Translations under genes and position numbers: made by a program
Notes under the pieces: generated by a model
Seen by the model: the letters and a program-made list of their open reading frames with translations, nothing else
What the model was told of the DNA's origin: nothing
The model's database searches: none
Shown here: one piece after another, positions 13,411 through 26,480 of the stretch
Position numbering within the stretch: the stretch's first letter is position 1
Layout: the number at the start of each line of letters is the position of its first letter
NCBI RefSeq assembly: GCF_001194135.2
Contig: NC_068990.1
Span: 6,846,958-6,910,957, forward strand
Length of the DNA stretch: 64,000 bases
Reading direction: 5' to 3'
From: Octopus bimaculoides
Taxonomy: Eukaryota

Positions 13411-14339
13411 TCTTACATATGAAATTTCTTGTTCCGTAACTAATTAAAATACCACTGTTGATAAAATACTCAATTGCAGTGGGATTGCGAATGTCTCTTC
13501 TGATGTGAATTGCACTTTGATTCCCATGAAGTGCATGGTACCCCGTGTTGTACTTCTGAGAGGATCTAACATTCTAGTGTGTAACAGATGATTCACCCAT
13601 AGAGCTAATATTCAATTAAATAATACGTTAGGCATCGGTGATTGTCACATGGCTGTTGATGATTTCCCTGTGGATATCAACCCATCATAAATCAAACTGA
13701 ACATTATCAACACTGTTCTTACAATGATGGAGTACTTTACAAAAGAAAACATCAATTTCCGTCAGTTCTATCAAATTAATGCTAAACGTGAACGTGCTAA
13801 ATGAGACATATATATCACTTTGGGAAAGAGAATTCTTGAAAACAACTATTTAACCTAACAATAAGTAGCATTCTGTTATGGATTCGGATTTTTCTCCGAT
13901 TTTTTCTTCTTGTAAAACTGAGACAGAAGACAAGTTTGGGAAACAAAAAAAAATTGGTTAAAGTTTTCTTATAGATGCTATGAAATGTGCTGAATGAGTA
14001 TTGACGAGATATGTATTGCTAAGTAGAGATATGCACTCCTAGTATTTGTTGCAGAGACAGAGGAAAGAAACAGAATAGGACTTTAATTATGCAATATGTT
14101 CTTCATGAAAACCGCAACAATTTCGCTTTTAGGTTGTTTAGACTGCCATTCGTGCAATGTAAAATATTATTGATGTCTTTGTAGAATTTGTGTGTGTAGA
14201 GGTAGGTTTCATGCCGATTACTTCGGTGTGATAAACTCTTCCTTTCTTTGAGAAAGAGGACTGCTGTAATTTTCTCATGTTGCAACTACATCTGTCAATA
14301 TATATGTATATAAGTTTCAATATATAAGTTTCAAATTAT

Positions 14340-14548
14340 GGCACAAGGCCAGAAAGTTCTGAGTAGGGGTAAGTCAATCACGTCGACCTCGGTACCCAAA
14401 TAGTACTTATTTTATCGACCTCGAAATAATGAAAGGTAAAGTCGACCTCGGCGGAATTTGAACTCAGAACGGAAAGACGGACAAATTAAAAATTACCACT
14501 AAACATTTTACTTAGCGTGCTGACGATTCTGCCAGTTCGACGCCTTAT
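14340..14548 (-). mobile_element. tRNA-derived SINE, family A
   Basis: Reverse-complement match to the other family A copies. Confidence 0.8.
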
Positions 14549-14584
14549 ATTTCACCATATATACATATATACATATATATATAA

Positions 14585-14626
<42 letters not shown>

Positions 14627-17600
14627 CATATATATNNNNNNNNNNNNNNNNNNNNNNNNNNNNNNNNNNNNNNNNNNNNNNNNNNNNNNNNNNNNNNNNN
14701 NNNNNNNNNNNNNNNNNNNNNNNNNNNNNNNNNNNNNNNNNNNNNNNNNNNNNNNNNNNNNNNNNNNNNNNNNNNNNNNNNNNNNNNNNNNNNNNNNNNN
14801 NNNNNNNNNNNNNNNATATATATATATATATAAAATTTTATATACACAGATATCTACACATAAAATGGCAACCATCTGCAAACAGCGAATTTCTTGTGAG
14901 CAAGAAACCATCTTCCTAAAAACAAAACAAATAAAACATTGCTTGTTTACAATAACTAACCTATATTTTGATATTTTGTCATACCAAACTTAACGTTGAC
15001 TTTTATGCGCATAGACAATGTCGGAAGGCCAAGGCCTGACCTATGTTCTGTAGTTATTGATTTTTAAAGCAAACTAGTACAGATATTTCTTTTTTTAAAA
15101 TTAATACGAAATATTAAATGTAAAAGCAAAAAATTCGGTTAGTATACCTACAACTTTCTCATGAATTTGGACACTTTTATAGTCTCTAAAAATAAAATAA
15201 TTGAGTTGATATAAATATATTTTAACTCACATCTTATAAGGCAAGACATTTTTTCAAATTCGTTTTATGTTTCGCTTACCCAAGAGCTGCTGTGATAGAG
15301 CTTGAACGGTGTAGAAGCCCTTAAGCCCTTAAGTAAATGTTCAAATAGGTTTAACGGAATTCTGACTTAAAAGTGGTGCTACCGAATTACAAATTGAGTC
15401 CACCACTCTAGTCATGTGCATAAGATATAGGAAAGTACTAGTCATTCAAAACCTCGACATAGTTTCATTGAATCGGAGAAATGTTTTGAAAACACTTCAA
15501 GAGAAGACCACAGGTTCATTTGGGGATGAAAGACGAGATACTTTGCCAGCATATTATGGACAAGTCAGCCAAATATTAATGCCAGCTATGTTACATCTAC
15601 CAGTCTATGTTCGCACCGCATCATTTCTAAGAGAAAAAACATCAGTATGGCATCGCGTTTATCACTAAACACCTTCTCAAAATTTAGCTTTCGTAAAAAA
15701 TTGGGCCAAGCAACAAATCCGACCTAGGTATAGTTATGCATGCAAGGAAACTCACTTTGCATCTTTTATTGACGCCTGGGCAAAATGAGAACGGAGATGT
15801 CGTGTATGATATTTCATAGGCAAATGATGAATGGCAAGGAATGTAAATCTTAAACTTTTTTTAAAATAAAACCTTTCCTGTTAGCGACAAGAAAACTTTA
15901 CAGAGACGATAGCTTCCTAGTCTCACTCAATAAGAGTGAACACAAATGGGATGGATTTAAAAAAGTTTTCATGAATTTATTTATTAAAATAAGATTACAT
16001 GTATAAAGTGGATATAAATCCCACAACAACTATATTTTAGACATTACTTATTTTGTTACAAATTTATTCAGCCATTACCAAATGAAATTTTATTTCTGAA
16101 TCTAAGAGTTCTATCCACCAACCAAACATTTTTACTATTTTAATTATTAAGCGTATTTCATCAGTTTCATTCGGATGAACTTCAATTTAACAATGCTGTT
16201 CGTTATTATAATACCGTACAAGGCGCTGGGTTTGCAGAATAGTTGGAGCGTGTGCATTTTATCTGTTCTTTATGTTCTGATTTAAAATTCTCTCAGTTCA
16301 ACTTTGCCTTTCATTCCTCCGGTATTGATAGAATAATTGTACAACCCAAGAAATGGCTTTATGCCGGGATACGAAACAAATATAATAATGCAACACACTA
16401 TAACAGTTACTTTTCCAAGAAAATAGACTACGTGCCAAAATACAATGATTCAAAGTGTACCATAGAGTTTGTATGAGAGAGACCCAAACTAAACTGTTCC
16501 TATCTTTAGGCATCTTTCATAAATTCCCTTTCAATTTTCAACGATCCACGAATACAACAGCATCATTAATGGAAATCCGATTACAGTAAGCTATGCTTCC
16601 AGTAAAAAACGTTACAAATTCCAATTACCATACTAAATTATTTTCTTGTACAGTTAATTCATTTTCTGCTCCTACTTTCAACTGAATTAATCGTAATAAT
16701 TCCCACTTGATGGTAACTATCTGGCAAAGTCATTAGTATGCTTAGCCAAGTTACACCTAGATAACAGATCTGTGACAAAAATATACTCGATTAACAGGAT
16801 TTTAATTATCTTCTTTTTATCAATACCGATACACTTTTAGCAAGCCAAACAGGAAACTTACAATGAAAAATAGGTAATACTTCTTGAGAACAAGAAACTA
16901 ACGTTTACTAAAGATTACTTAACCATGAATGCATATTTATTCATACACTAGTTCTTATGAGTGTAAACACTTGTACGTATGCATTTGCAAGCTTTTAGAG
17001 ATATATGCACATTCACATATTTGTATTTATGTGTGTAAAATATATTTCCTCATGAGCTGCGATGCATCAAAATTGACAGCCAAGGTTTCGTGTCTCTCAC
17101 TCAGATTCTCACACTCCGAAGACCCAGCCCAACCCGATTCGGCCGTAGCTTGTATCTCATCAACGTCTACTGCCGAACAAGCCCTCTTCACCTTGATGGT
17201 CTTTTTGCGGTAAAGCTCAGTCGGTGGAGCATTTCTCAGAATGAACATAAAGTGGAGCCAGTCCCCACAGCCCACCTTTATGGGTATGTAGCGCGCCTTC
17301 CAACCTGTAATTTTAATTTGCGACCAGTTCCTAGGACTATGCACATTTCTTCTTATTGCCTCAACCAATATGTGTGTGTGTGTGTTTCACACGCGCGTAT
17401 AGTTTAGTATAAATACTAATCGTCAGAATTCATGATGCAGTTAAACCTAAAAAATAGACAAACTGACGTACGCAAACGTATAGACGTAACGATCAGTTAT
17501 GTTTTACATGTAATAGAAGAAATAAGAAGTGACAGTATGTCTAGTGTGGATTGCTATATAATTATAATGCATCTATAAATATTATAAACTGATTTTCAAG

Positions 17601-18149
17601 TACGATAAAGAATATGTCATAATCGTCAATCAACATTAATCATGCTTTATTCTTTTTATTTTCGAGATTAAAACGCAAAATCTCCATTTAGGTTTAGGAT
17701 AATCACTTGCAGATATTCTTTTGTTGTATTGAATTGTAAAATCGATAAGACTGCGTGTTCCAATAAAAAGAGCGATTATTTATTAATTGATCAACTCGAA
17801 ATCTTATTAGTGTTATTGTCGTTTATTGACTACACGTGTACGATGTTAGTTCTACACTAAAGAAGAAGAATTAAAATGTACAAATACTCACTAGTTTACA
17901 AAAACAGCATACAGTGTATGTATGTATGTATGTATGTATGTATGTATGTATGCATGTATGTATGTATATACGTATGTACATATGTCTTTAAATACAGGAT
18001 GCAACGAAGAAAAACGCACACAAACTAAAGATATGTTCTTTTATTTTTAACACTTCGCCGAACAACAGAACATAAAAAAAGCATTTGCTGCGTGAGTTTG
18101 GTCTCGGAGAAATATATATTTTTTCGTTGCTGTTGTATAAAAACAGAAG

Positions 18150-18383
18150 CCGAGCTCCAAATGATATTCGATCACTGCTTTTTGTTCTTCTTTGATGTAC
18201 ATTGCTAGTGGAGCGGCCATACTTACATTGTAAAGCCAGAAAAAAAAATTGCACGATCGGGCTCAAACTACGATCACCTGAGCACAATAGTGCCAACTAT
18301 AGGCACGCATGCGCAGAAGGCAGTATGAAAATAATAAAGATATGTTATGGCAAAGTGCGGATAATTTTTGACTTAGCCTCGTA
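18150..18383 (-). mobile_element. Mariner 5' end (TIR plus transposase start)
   Basis: Minus strand starts TACGAGGCTAAGTCAAAAATTATCCGCA (mariner-type TIR), then MAAPLAMYIKEEQKAVIEY. Confidence 0.65.
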
Positions 18384-18431
18384 TACATGTATACTTGAAA
18401 ATGGATGTGTGGCGTTCAATTAAATAATAAT

Positions 18432-18477
<46 letters not shown>

Positions 18478-18482
18478 TATAT

Positions 18483-19400
18483 GGGTACAGGACGTCACCA
18501 ACTGTGTAAAAAACATGAAGTACGAAAACAAACGAGTGCAAAAGTAAGTGCAAAAGGACATGAAGAAGTATTACGCAACAAGGGACTACACAATCAATTC
18601 CATAGAAGTTGCTGGAAAACATAGATGGGATTGGCTGAAGAAAGGAGCACTAAAAAAGAGACTATACTGGCAGCACAAGACCAAGCGTTGGTCACGAATT
18701 GGAGAGTCAACCTTGGAATGAGCAAGTATCTCCGCTGTGCCGCCTCTATAATTAATAGAGTGGACGAAACCATTACAAATAACACGAACGAATGCCCTAG
18801 ACTTGCCCCAAAACGCAACAAGTAGTGGCAACACGATAAGGTACCAAAAGTGCTACGTTAGAAACTGTGCGAAAAGTGGGGCTAGAAAGAGGCAAAACGT
18901 GGTATGAGCACAAACCGCAGAGAGTGGTGGAGTCGGAGAATTGCGAAATCTCTTAGGACTTCCCGATCCAAACAGATCAGGTGCTAGAGCTTAACAGACC
19001 GGACCTAGTGGTGGTCAACAAGATATACATGTGCTATATAGTTGATGTTTCTTTTACCCACGAAGAGTCAAGAAGGAAAGCGAAAAAATAGATAAATAAA
19101 CTCTCTTAAGTATGAAATAGTCCGGCTATGGAAAATGAAGAGGGTAAAGGAAGTGCCAATTATTGTTGGATCCTTGGGGACAGTATCACAAGTGGAATAT
19201 AAACAAAATCGGAATAGAGTACCCAGTAGAACTGTTACAAAAGGTTTGGCTCCTTGGCGCGGCCAGAAGAATCAGGAAAGTATTAGATAGCTGAAAATAA
19301 CGAATAGCATGGTACCGTGGGTTGCAGGTAGTAAGCCCGCTTATGCATGCAAGACACCAGGAGCTCTAACAAAACCTACGATAAAAGAAATAATAATAAT
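18483..19400 (+). mobile_element. R4/Dong-like RLE retrotransposon 3' part, copy 1
   Basis: WDWLKKGALKKETILAAQDQAL, DFPIQTD..NRPDLVVV, VPIIVGSLGTV, LLQKVWLLGAARRIRKVL. The 3' UTR ends in taataataat. Confidence 0.85.
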
Positions 19401-20817
19401 GCTCTCAAGTACCTAGGAATACGTGAAGGCTCTAGAATTCAGCATGCATGAATGAAAGAAATCAGGAAGGAACATTACAGGAGAGTTCGAGCAATCTTGA
19501 AATCTGAGAAAAATGCGTATAACTAGGTGTAAGCCATAAAGTCCTCATCATTTCTAGCTGTTATTTATAGCTTGAATGTGTTGAACTGGAATATCAGCGA
19601 AATAAAGAAAATTGACGGGAAAATCCGTAATCTACTGACATGCAATTAGCTGCACCACCCAAAGGCAGACACGGATTATCTTCGTCTTCCTCTTGCTCAA
19701 GGAAGTCAAGGCTTAATCCAGCTTGAAATTTGTTATAAATCTACCACAACTAAACTGGTCAAATATCCTGAAACAGCTAACAACTAGATGCAAAAACACA
19801 TTACAAATCGCGAGAGGCAGAAGAAACTTCATTCTGTCATGAAGGAAAGCAAAAACTTTGCTATTGAATTCATGCATAATACCCAGGCTGAACAGCATGG
19901 TGGAAGTGTGACTGTTGTTGCAAAGAAGGTGAAATCAAAGGCTAAGAAAAGCGCGCATGAACAATTGGTGAGCAGAAACATCTCTGCATGACAATATGTG
20001 GCAAGTAGTATACTAGCTGATGTAGACCAGAAGCATACTCATCAGTGGGTATGAATTTCAGAGCTAAAGGCAGAAAGCAAAGGTCTCATCTATCTTATCT
20101 GTTCCAGATAAAAGCATATTGACCCGGAACTACGAATCCAATGTTATGAAAAATGGAGTAGACCCAAATTGCCAATTCTGCAGCGAAACAGTGGACTATT
20201 GGGTATATAGTTTTAACACCAGTGAAGTATAAATCAAAGCATGACTGAGTTGATTAATATTTACATTGCTTAATGTGTCGCCATTATAAAAGCAAAACTG
20301 TTGACATATGGTATAATCACAATCCTGAGGCTGAAACTGAGGGAGAAATGTTAACTGGGGGAGAAAATGTAATGATTCTTTGGGAATTTCCAATACATAC
20401 AAAGAGAACCATCAAAGTTTAGAAAACGGATATTATTGTGAAAGACCAACACAATAAAGTCTGTTTATTGATCGGCATGAGCATTGCGTGCGATCATAAA
20501 TATCTCGACAAAAGAATTTGACAGGTTCAGAAAATATAAAAATGTGCTCATTAAAATCGAAAAACACGTAGCATCTCAATAAGAATTGTAGGAGCGCTTG
20601 GAATGATAAAAAAAAAAGAACAGAAAATTATTTGAGGATGATCCCTGGGTTAACATCAATGCTAGTATTACAAAAAGACTTTTAACTGGTACGTCACACG
20701 TATTGAGAAGTGCGTTGGCGCTATGAGCGTTGTCACGGTGTATTTTTTCCTTCTTTTTAAATTTTTCTTTATTCTAGTTTATTTTTTCTTCTTACATTGA
20801 AGGAAGAAAAACGCAAT
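19401..20817 (+). mobile_element. R4/Dong-like RT C-terminus plus RLE, copy 2 (decayed)
   Basis: LKYLGIRE at the start, zinc-knuckle remnant CQFCSETVD, LWEFPI.., IVGALGMIKK. Followed by (AAT)n. Confidence 0.8.
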
Positions 20818-20955
<138 letters not shown>

Positions 20956-20964
20956 GATACTATC

Positions 20965-22543
20965 ATTGTAAAAAGAATTGATGTAACTCTTCACAAAGGT
21001 AAACAGTCACAGAAAACGAGAAAGCAACCATACTCTGGGATATGCCAATACACACAGATAGAGAAATTAAGGCAAATAGACCAGATATAGTTGTCAAAGA
21101 TCATGAAGAAAAAAAATGCTTTCTAATTGATGTATCAATACCAGCAGATGACAACGTTTCTCTAAAAGAAATGGAAAAACTTTCAAAATACAAAGACCTG
21201 GAAATAGAGATAACTCGAATGTGGAATCTAAAAACAGAAACAATTACTATCATAGTAGGTGTCTTAGGTATAATAAAAAAATATTCAGACAAATACATAA
21301 CAAAAACACCAGGACTTACAAATATATATAACATATGGAAAATTGNNNNNNNNNNNNNNNNNNNNNNNNNNNNNNNNNNNNNNNNNNNNNNNNNNNNNNN
21401 NNNNNNNNNNNNNNNNNNNNNNNNNNNNNNNNNNNNNNNNNNNNNNNNNNNNNNNNNNNNNNNNNNNNNNNNNNNNNNNNNNNNNNNNNNNNNNNNNNNN
21501 NNNNNNNNNNNNNNNNNNNNNNNNNNNNNNNNNNNNNNNNNNNNNNNNNNNNNNNNNNNNNNNNNNNNNNNNNNNNNNNNNNNNNNNNNNNNNNNNNNNN
21601 NNNNNNNNNNNNNNNNNNNNNNNNNNNNNNNNNNNNNNNNNNNNNNNNNNNNNNNNNNNNNNNNNNNNNNNNNNNNNNNNNNNNNNNNNNNNNNNNNNNN
21701 NNNNNNNNNNNNNNNNNNNNNNNNNNNNNNNNNNNNNNNNNNNNNNNNNNNNNNNNNNNNNNNNNNNNNNNNNNNNNNNNNNNNNNNNNNNNNNNNNNNN
21801 NNNNNNNNNNNNNNNNNNNNNNNNNNNNNNNNNNNNNNNNNNNNNNNNNNNNNNNNNNNNNNNNNNNNNNNNNNNNNNNNNNNNNNNNNNNNNNNNNNNN
21901 NNNNNNNNNNNNNNNNNNNNNNNNNNNNNNNNNNNNNNNNNNNNNNNNNNNNNNNNNNNNNNNNNNNNNNNNNNNNNNNNNNNNNNNNNNNNNNNNNNNN
22001 NNNNNNNNNNNNNNNNNNNNNNNNNNNNNNNNNNNNNNNNNNNNNNNNNNNNNNNNNNNNNNNNNNNNNNNNNNNNNNNNNNNNNNNNNNNNNNNNNNNN
22101 NNNNNNNNNNNNNNNNNNNNNNNNNNNNNNNNNNNNNNNNNNNNNNNNNNNNNNNNNNNNNNNNNNNNNNNNNNNNNNNNNNNNAATACCATCAGATGAC
22201 AACGTTTCCCTAAAAGAAATGGAAAACTTTCAAAATACAAAGACCTGGAAATAGAGGTAACTCGAATGTGGAATCTAAAAACAGAAACAATTCCTATCAT
22301 AGTAGGCGCATTAGGTATTATAAAAAAAATATTCAGACAAATACATAACAAAAACACTAGGACTTACAAATATATATAACATATGGAAAATTGCACTACT
22401 GGGCACTGCTCACATCCAACGCAAAACACTTTCAATACAGTAACCATAAGAGCATCACAGTAAACCACAGCACATACTCAGGGCACACAGAGCTGCGTTC
22501 GGTAGTGAAGTGAAAGCACGCTAAAAAAATAAAACTACTGAAC

Positions 22544-22544
<1 letters not shown>
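20965..22544 (+). mobile_element. R4/Dong-like RLE 3' end, copy 3 (spans an N gap)
   Basis: Open frame VTENEKATILWDMPIHTDREIKANRPDIVVKDHEEKKCFLIDVSIPADDNVSLKEMEKLSKYKDL (PD..D..K restriction-like endonuclease). Ends at (AAT)n near 22545. Confidence 0.9.
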
Positions 22545-22577
<33 letters not shown>

Positions 22578-22702
22578 GAACAAAAATTGATTGTTATAAA
22601 TGGCAATAAATGACAGCATATGTGTATAAACATGTACACGTACACACATATACATACATGTGTATATATATACATATATATATGTACGCACGCACACATA
22701 CA

Positions 22703-22733
<31 letters not shown>

Positions 22734-22936
22734 TTGCATACACATAACACACCTCTAAATATTATGTATAACTATAGATAACGTTCTTTTTTTTGTAATA
22801 TAATTTTACACAAATATTCAGTAAATAATAACCAGCGTTCATTGAAAACTAATTACTTTGTCACTACTTCCACAACCGCGCCTTAAGAAGCCATTTTATT
22901 TTGTGTGCACTAATTTCAAACGTGCCTGAATATCAA

Positions 22937-23411
22937 CTTTTAGCTTAGACATGGCATATATTCAATTTTATGATCTTGGTGAAATGGAAGAAGGAATACT
23001 CGCATCGAAACTTCATTTTAGCTTAGGCATATATTCAATTTTATGATCTTGGTGAAATGGAAGAAGGAATATTCGCATCGAAACTTCACTTTAGCTTAGG
23101 CATATATTCAATTTTATGATCTTGGTGAAATGGAAGAAGGAATACTCGCATCGAAACTTCATTTTAGCTTAGGCATATATTCAATTTTATGATCTTGGTG
23201 AAATGGAAGAAGGAATACTCGCATCGAAACCNNNNNNNNNNNNNNNNNNNNNNNNNNNNNCTTTAGCTTAGGCATATATTCAATTTTATGATCTTGGTGA
23301 AATGGAAGAAGGAATACTCGCATCGAAACTTCATTTTAGCTTAGGCATATATTCAATTTTATGATCTTGGTGAAATGGAAGAAGGAATACTCGCATCGAA
23401 ACCTCATTTAA
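22937..23411. repeat. 73-bp tandem repeat, about 6 units, interrupted by a short gap
   Basis: Unit ttttagcttaggcatatattcaattttatgatcttggtgaaatggaagaaggaatactcgcatcgaaacttca. cttc recurs at 23011, 23084 and 23157. Confidence 0.95.
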
Positions 23412-23570
23412 GGTAATAACATCTCAATTTGAATGCAGTGATTATTGTGTCAGACAACTCAAAGTCAAAAAATAAATAATTTCACTCAGTCGCAATATTT
23501 CTCAAATTTTGGGCACGTATCTATACGATCGTCACACAGCTCTTGAGAAGATATTTGTATGTTTACATTT

Positions 23571-23795
23571 AAGGCCGCGAACTGGCAGAATCATAAACTT
23601 GTCAGATATTAATGTTTAGCGGCATTTCGCCCGTCTTTGCGTTCTGAATTCAAATGCCAGTGAGATCGACTTTGCCGTTCATCCTATCGCGGTCGATAGA
23701 ATAAGTTGCAGTTGAGTCCGAGGAAATCGACTAGCTCCACCCCCCCCCCACACACACACAACATTTCAACCTTTGTGCCTTTAGTAGAAAGAATG
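23571..23795 (+). mobile_element. tRNA-derived SINE, family A (diverged)
   Basis: Colinear similarity to the other copies. Confidence 0.75.
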
Positions 23796-23939
23796 TTAAT
23801 ACACTTACAAATATATGAAAACAACGTAGGCCATATCCCCTCCCCCCAAGAATAAACATTCGACTGATTTGCAATGACCCATTACTGACATAGAACCACT
23901 ATCACAAACGCACTATTTCACCCCTCCACTTTTATCTTT

Positions 23940-24060
23940 TCTTCTTTTTCCTCCTCCTCCCCCTCATCATCATCATCATCATCATCGTCATCATCATTAT
24001 CATCATCGTCATCATCATTTTCCTCTTCTTCCTTTTCTTCTTCTTGTCCTCATCTTTTTA
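23940..24060. repeat. Compound (CCT)/(ATC)/(CTT) microsatellite
   Basis: Directly visible. Confidence 0.9.
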
Positions 24061-24378
24061 CATAAAACAGTGTTTTCCCCCTCTCAACTAGTTGTCTACC
24101 ATTTCTGCTCAGGCATTCTCAAGCAATCTCTATTATATTTATTACCACATGCTAGCTATCTAGCTCCATATTTCCTGCTGGAATATATTTCTTCCTTCGA
24201 TAGTCCGATTTTATGGGTTTCTTCTTTGGAGACTCTACATTTATAACAAGCAAAATCACCTTACATTGATCTAATTAGTCTGTGATGGCCTTAAGTAGTT
24301 ATCAGCACAACTTGCCTCCTTTGAAATTTAGGATAGTTTTATATTTGATTTATATTCCTTTCTATTTGTAACTACAAA

Positions 24379-24417
<39 letters not shown>

Positions 24418-24470
24418 GTAACTAAAAATGCTGATTAAAATCATAGCACTACGCGTGTGTTTGAATATTC

Positions 24471-24684
24471 TTTTCTACACTAGGCATAAGTCCCGCAATT
24501 TTTGGAGAGGAGTCCAGTCGATTAGATCGACCCCAGTACGTAACTAGTACTAAATTTATCGGCCCCGAAAGGATGAAAGACAAAATTAACCTCGGCGGAA
24601 TTTGAACTCAGATCGTAGTGGCAGACGAAATAATGCGAAGCATTTCGCCTAGCGTTCTAAGGATTCTGCCAGCTCGCCGCCTTA
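24471..24684 (-). mobile_element. tRNA-derived SINE, family A
   Basis: Reverse-complement match. Ends about 200 bp upstream of the exon at 24885. Confidence 0.85.
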
Positions 24685-24884
24685 CGTGCGTTTGAATATT
24701 GTCACACGACTGCATGTATTACATCTCATATTTCTACGTCATTTGTCGGAATCAATCGCTATCAATGAATATATTATTAGATGCGACAAAAATAAATTTT
24801 GATACCAATTATTAATTAAATAATTATTTCAAATTTGCTTCTGTAATTTATTCTCAATTGCATTCAACAATTATTCTTTTATAG

Positions 24885-24945
24885 TTGCTCCGACTCCATT
24901 TTTGATTCTGTGGATAATCTTAAAGAAACTGTACGAAGACACTCA
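24885..24945 (+). CDS. Class B1 GPCR exon, TM4-ECL2
   Basis: ttttatAG acceptor and CA|GTAAGT donor. 61 bp, phase-compatible with the previous exon: (V)APTPFLILWIILKKLYEDT(H). Compare CRHR1 [21 protein letters not shown]. Confidence 0.93.
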
Positions 24946-25646
24946 GTAAGTAGGCAATTTAAATGCATGTATAAAGTGCTTTCATTTACATTTAACATCC
25001 AAATTAGCATTGATGTATCTGTTCAGTACTACTTATTTATTCAAATATTATTTAAATTCATGAAAACAGCTGCTCACAAACAAGACATATAATGAATATT
25101 TACTGTATTCAAATGCAACTGTTGAATTCATGTTTTATCACAATTGCTTCTTAGTAAATCTACCTAATAAGGTGTTATGAATGTTCTCATTATAACAGCT
25201 ATTGAGTAAATGCTTTCTTATTATAATTTCTATTACGTGACAAAGACACCTACCAGTTATTGTGTGTTGATTGTGAGAACTATCATCATTAGCCTATTAA
25301 ATGCCAGGTACGTATAGAGCTCATAAATAGAACTAAGTGCTATGAACAATGTGTCCTATGTCCAGAAGATTGTTGAATTTTGCCAATGTTTGATCACAAA
25401 AGTAGGTCTTCGCTGTTTTTCTCATAAGAATATCGCAACAATCCTGCAAGCAAATTTTGTTTAGATCGATAAGTTACACTAATTATGATGGTATATATTT
25501 GTAGCCAGATTCACTGCAATTATGACACCATATGACAACAACGATCTATTCTGCTAAATTATTATGTCAATCAATACCTCATCCCTCACTAAATCAATAG
25601 CTATACACAAACATATATATATATACACACACGTGTTCGCGCACGC

Positions 25647-25681
<35 letters not shown>

Positions 25682-25756
25682 TATAAATTTAGCTATTGTC
25701 TGTATATACACACATATATATATTTAGTTATTGTCTGTATATATTTATATATATAC

Positions 25757-25809
<53 letters not shown>

Positions 25810-25902
25810 CAATAGCTAAATTTGCCATGTGGGAATGTCCTCTACATAGGTGGAACACCACACACACTCTGCACGCGCCCGCGCGCTCACGCACACACAC
25901 GC

Positions 25903-25939
<37 letters not shown>

Positions 25940-26049
25940 GAATAAGAAGACAAACAGACTTTGACTCATTTTTATTGATCAGTTTCTGCACCATCAATAT
26001 GAATTTCATGTGATGAGGGCGCCGACTAAGCATATCTCTTTTAGAGTTT

Positions 26050-26330
26050 AAGAAGGTCCCCGAACCAACGAGTTTTTCAGGATAATTGCTCCCTCTATCA
26101 AGGCAAAGGTTACATTGTTTCTTTCCGTTCAGGTACGGTTGTTCCTGCTGTTCAATGACCCTCCATTTAATTATGAATGGTGTACTCTACTCTTTTGAAC
26201 GCCATATGTAGCTGGCCAGGGACGCCAGGGACGTGATGTTGTGCCTCTCTGGTATCTTGAACGAGGACCTGTGATTGTTAAGATGATGCTTGAACGGTCT
26301 GTTTGTAGATCCGACACACTTCCGTGTCTA
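26050..26330 (-). mobile_element. Penelope-like element GIY-YIG endonuclease fragment
   Basis: CVGSTNRPFKHHLNNHRSSFK..LASYIW..IKWRVIE..PYLNGKKQCNLCL matches the PLE pattern NNHKSSF..LSKYIW..CNLCL. Confidence 0.75.
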
Positions 26331-26480
26331 TGCCCTTGTGATGGGGGTGTTATAGCTGTCGTTGTTGCTGTCGCTTCTGCTGCTGCTGTTGACGCTGCCG
26401 CTGTTACGGCATACATACATGCATACATACATGCATACATACATGCATACATACATACATACGTACATACATACATACAT

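Noticed and set aside
21140-22390. About 200 bp of RLE sequence repeated on both sides of the N gap (about 21140-21345 and 22186-22390) with several differences
   Set aside because: It could be two tandem copies, but an unmerged allelic overlap across a scaffold gap is equally likely. This cannot be resolved without reads.
22937-23411. CRISPR-like regular repeat
   Set aside because: The units are contiguous with no unique spacers, the context is eukaryotic and there are no cas genes.
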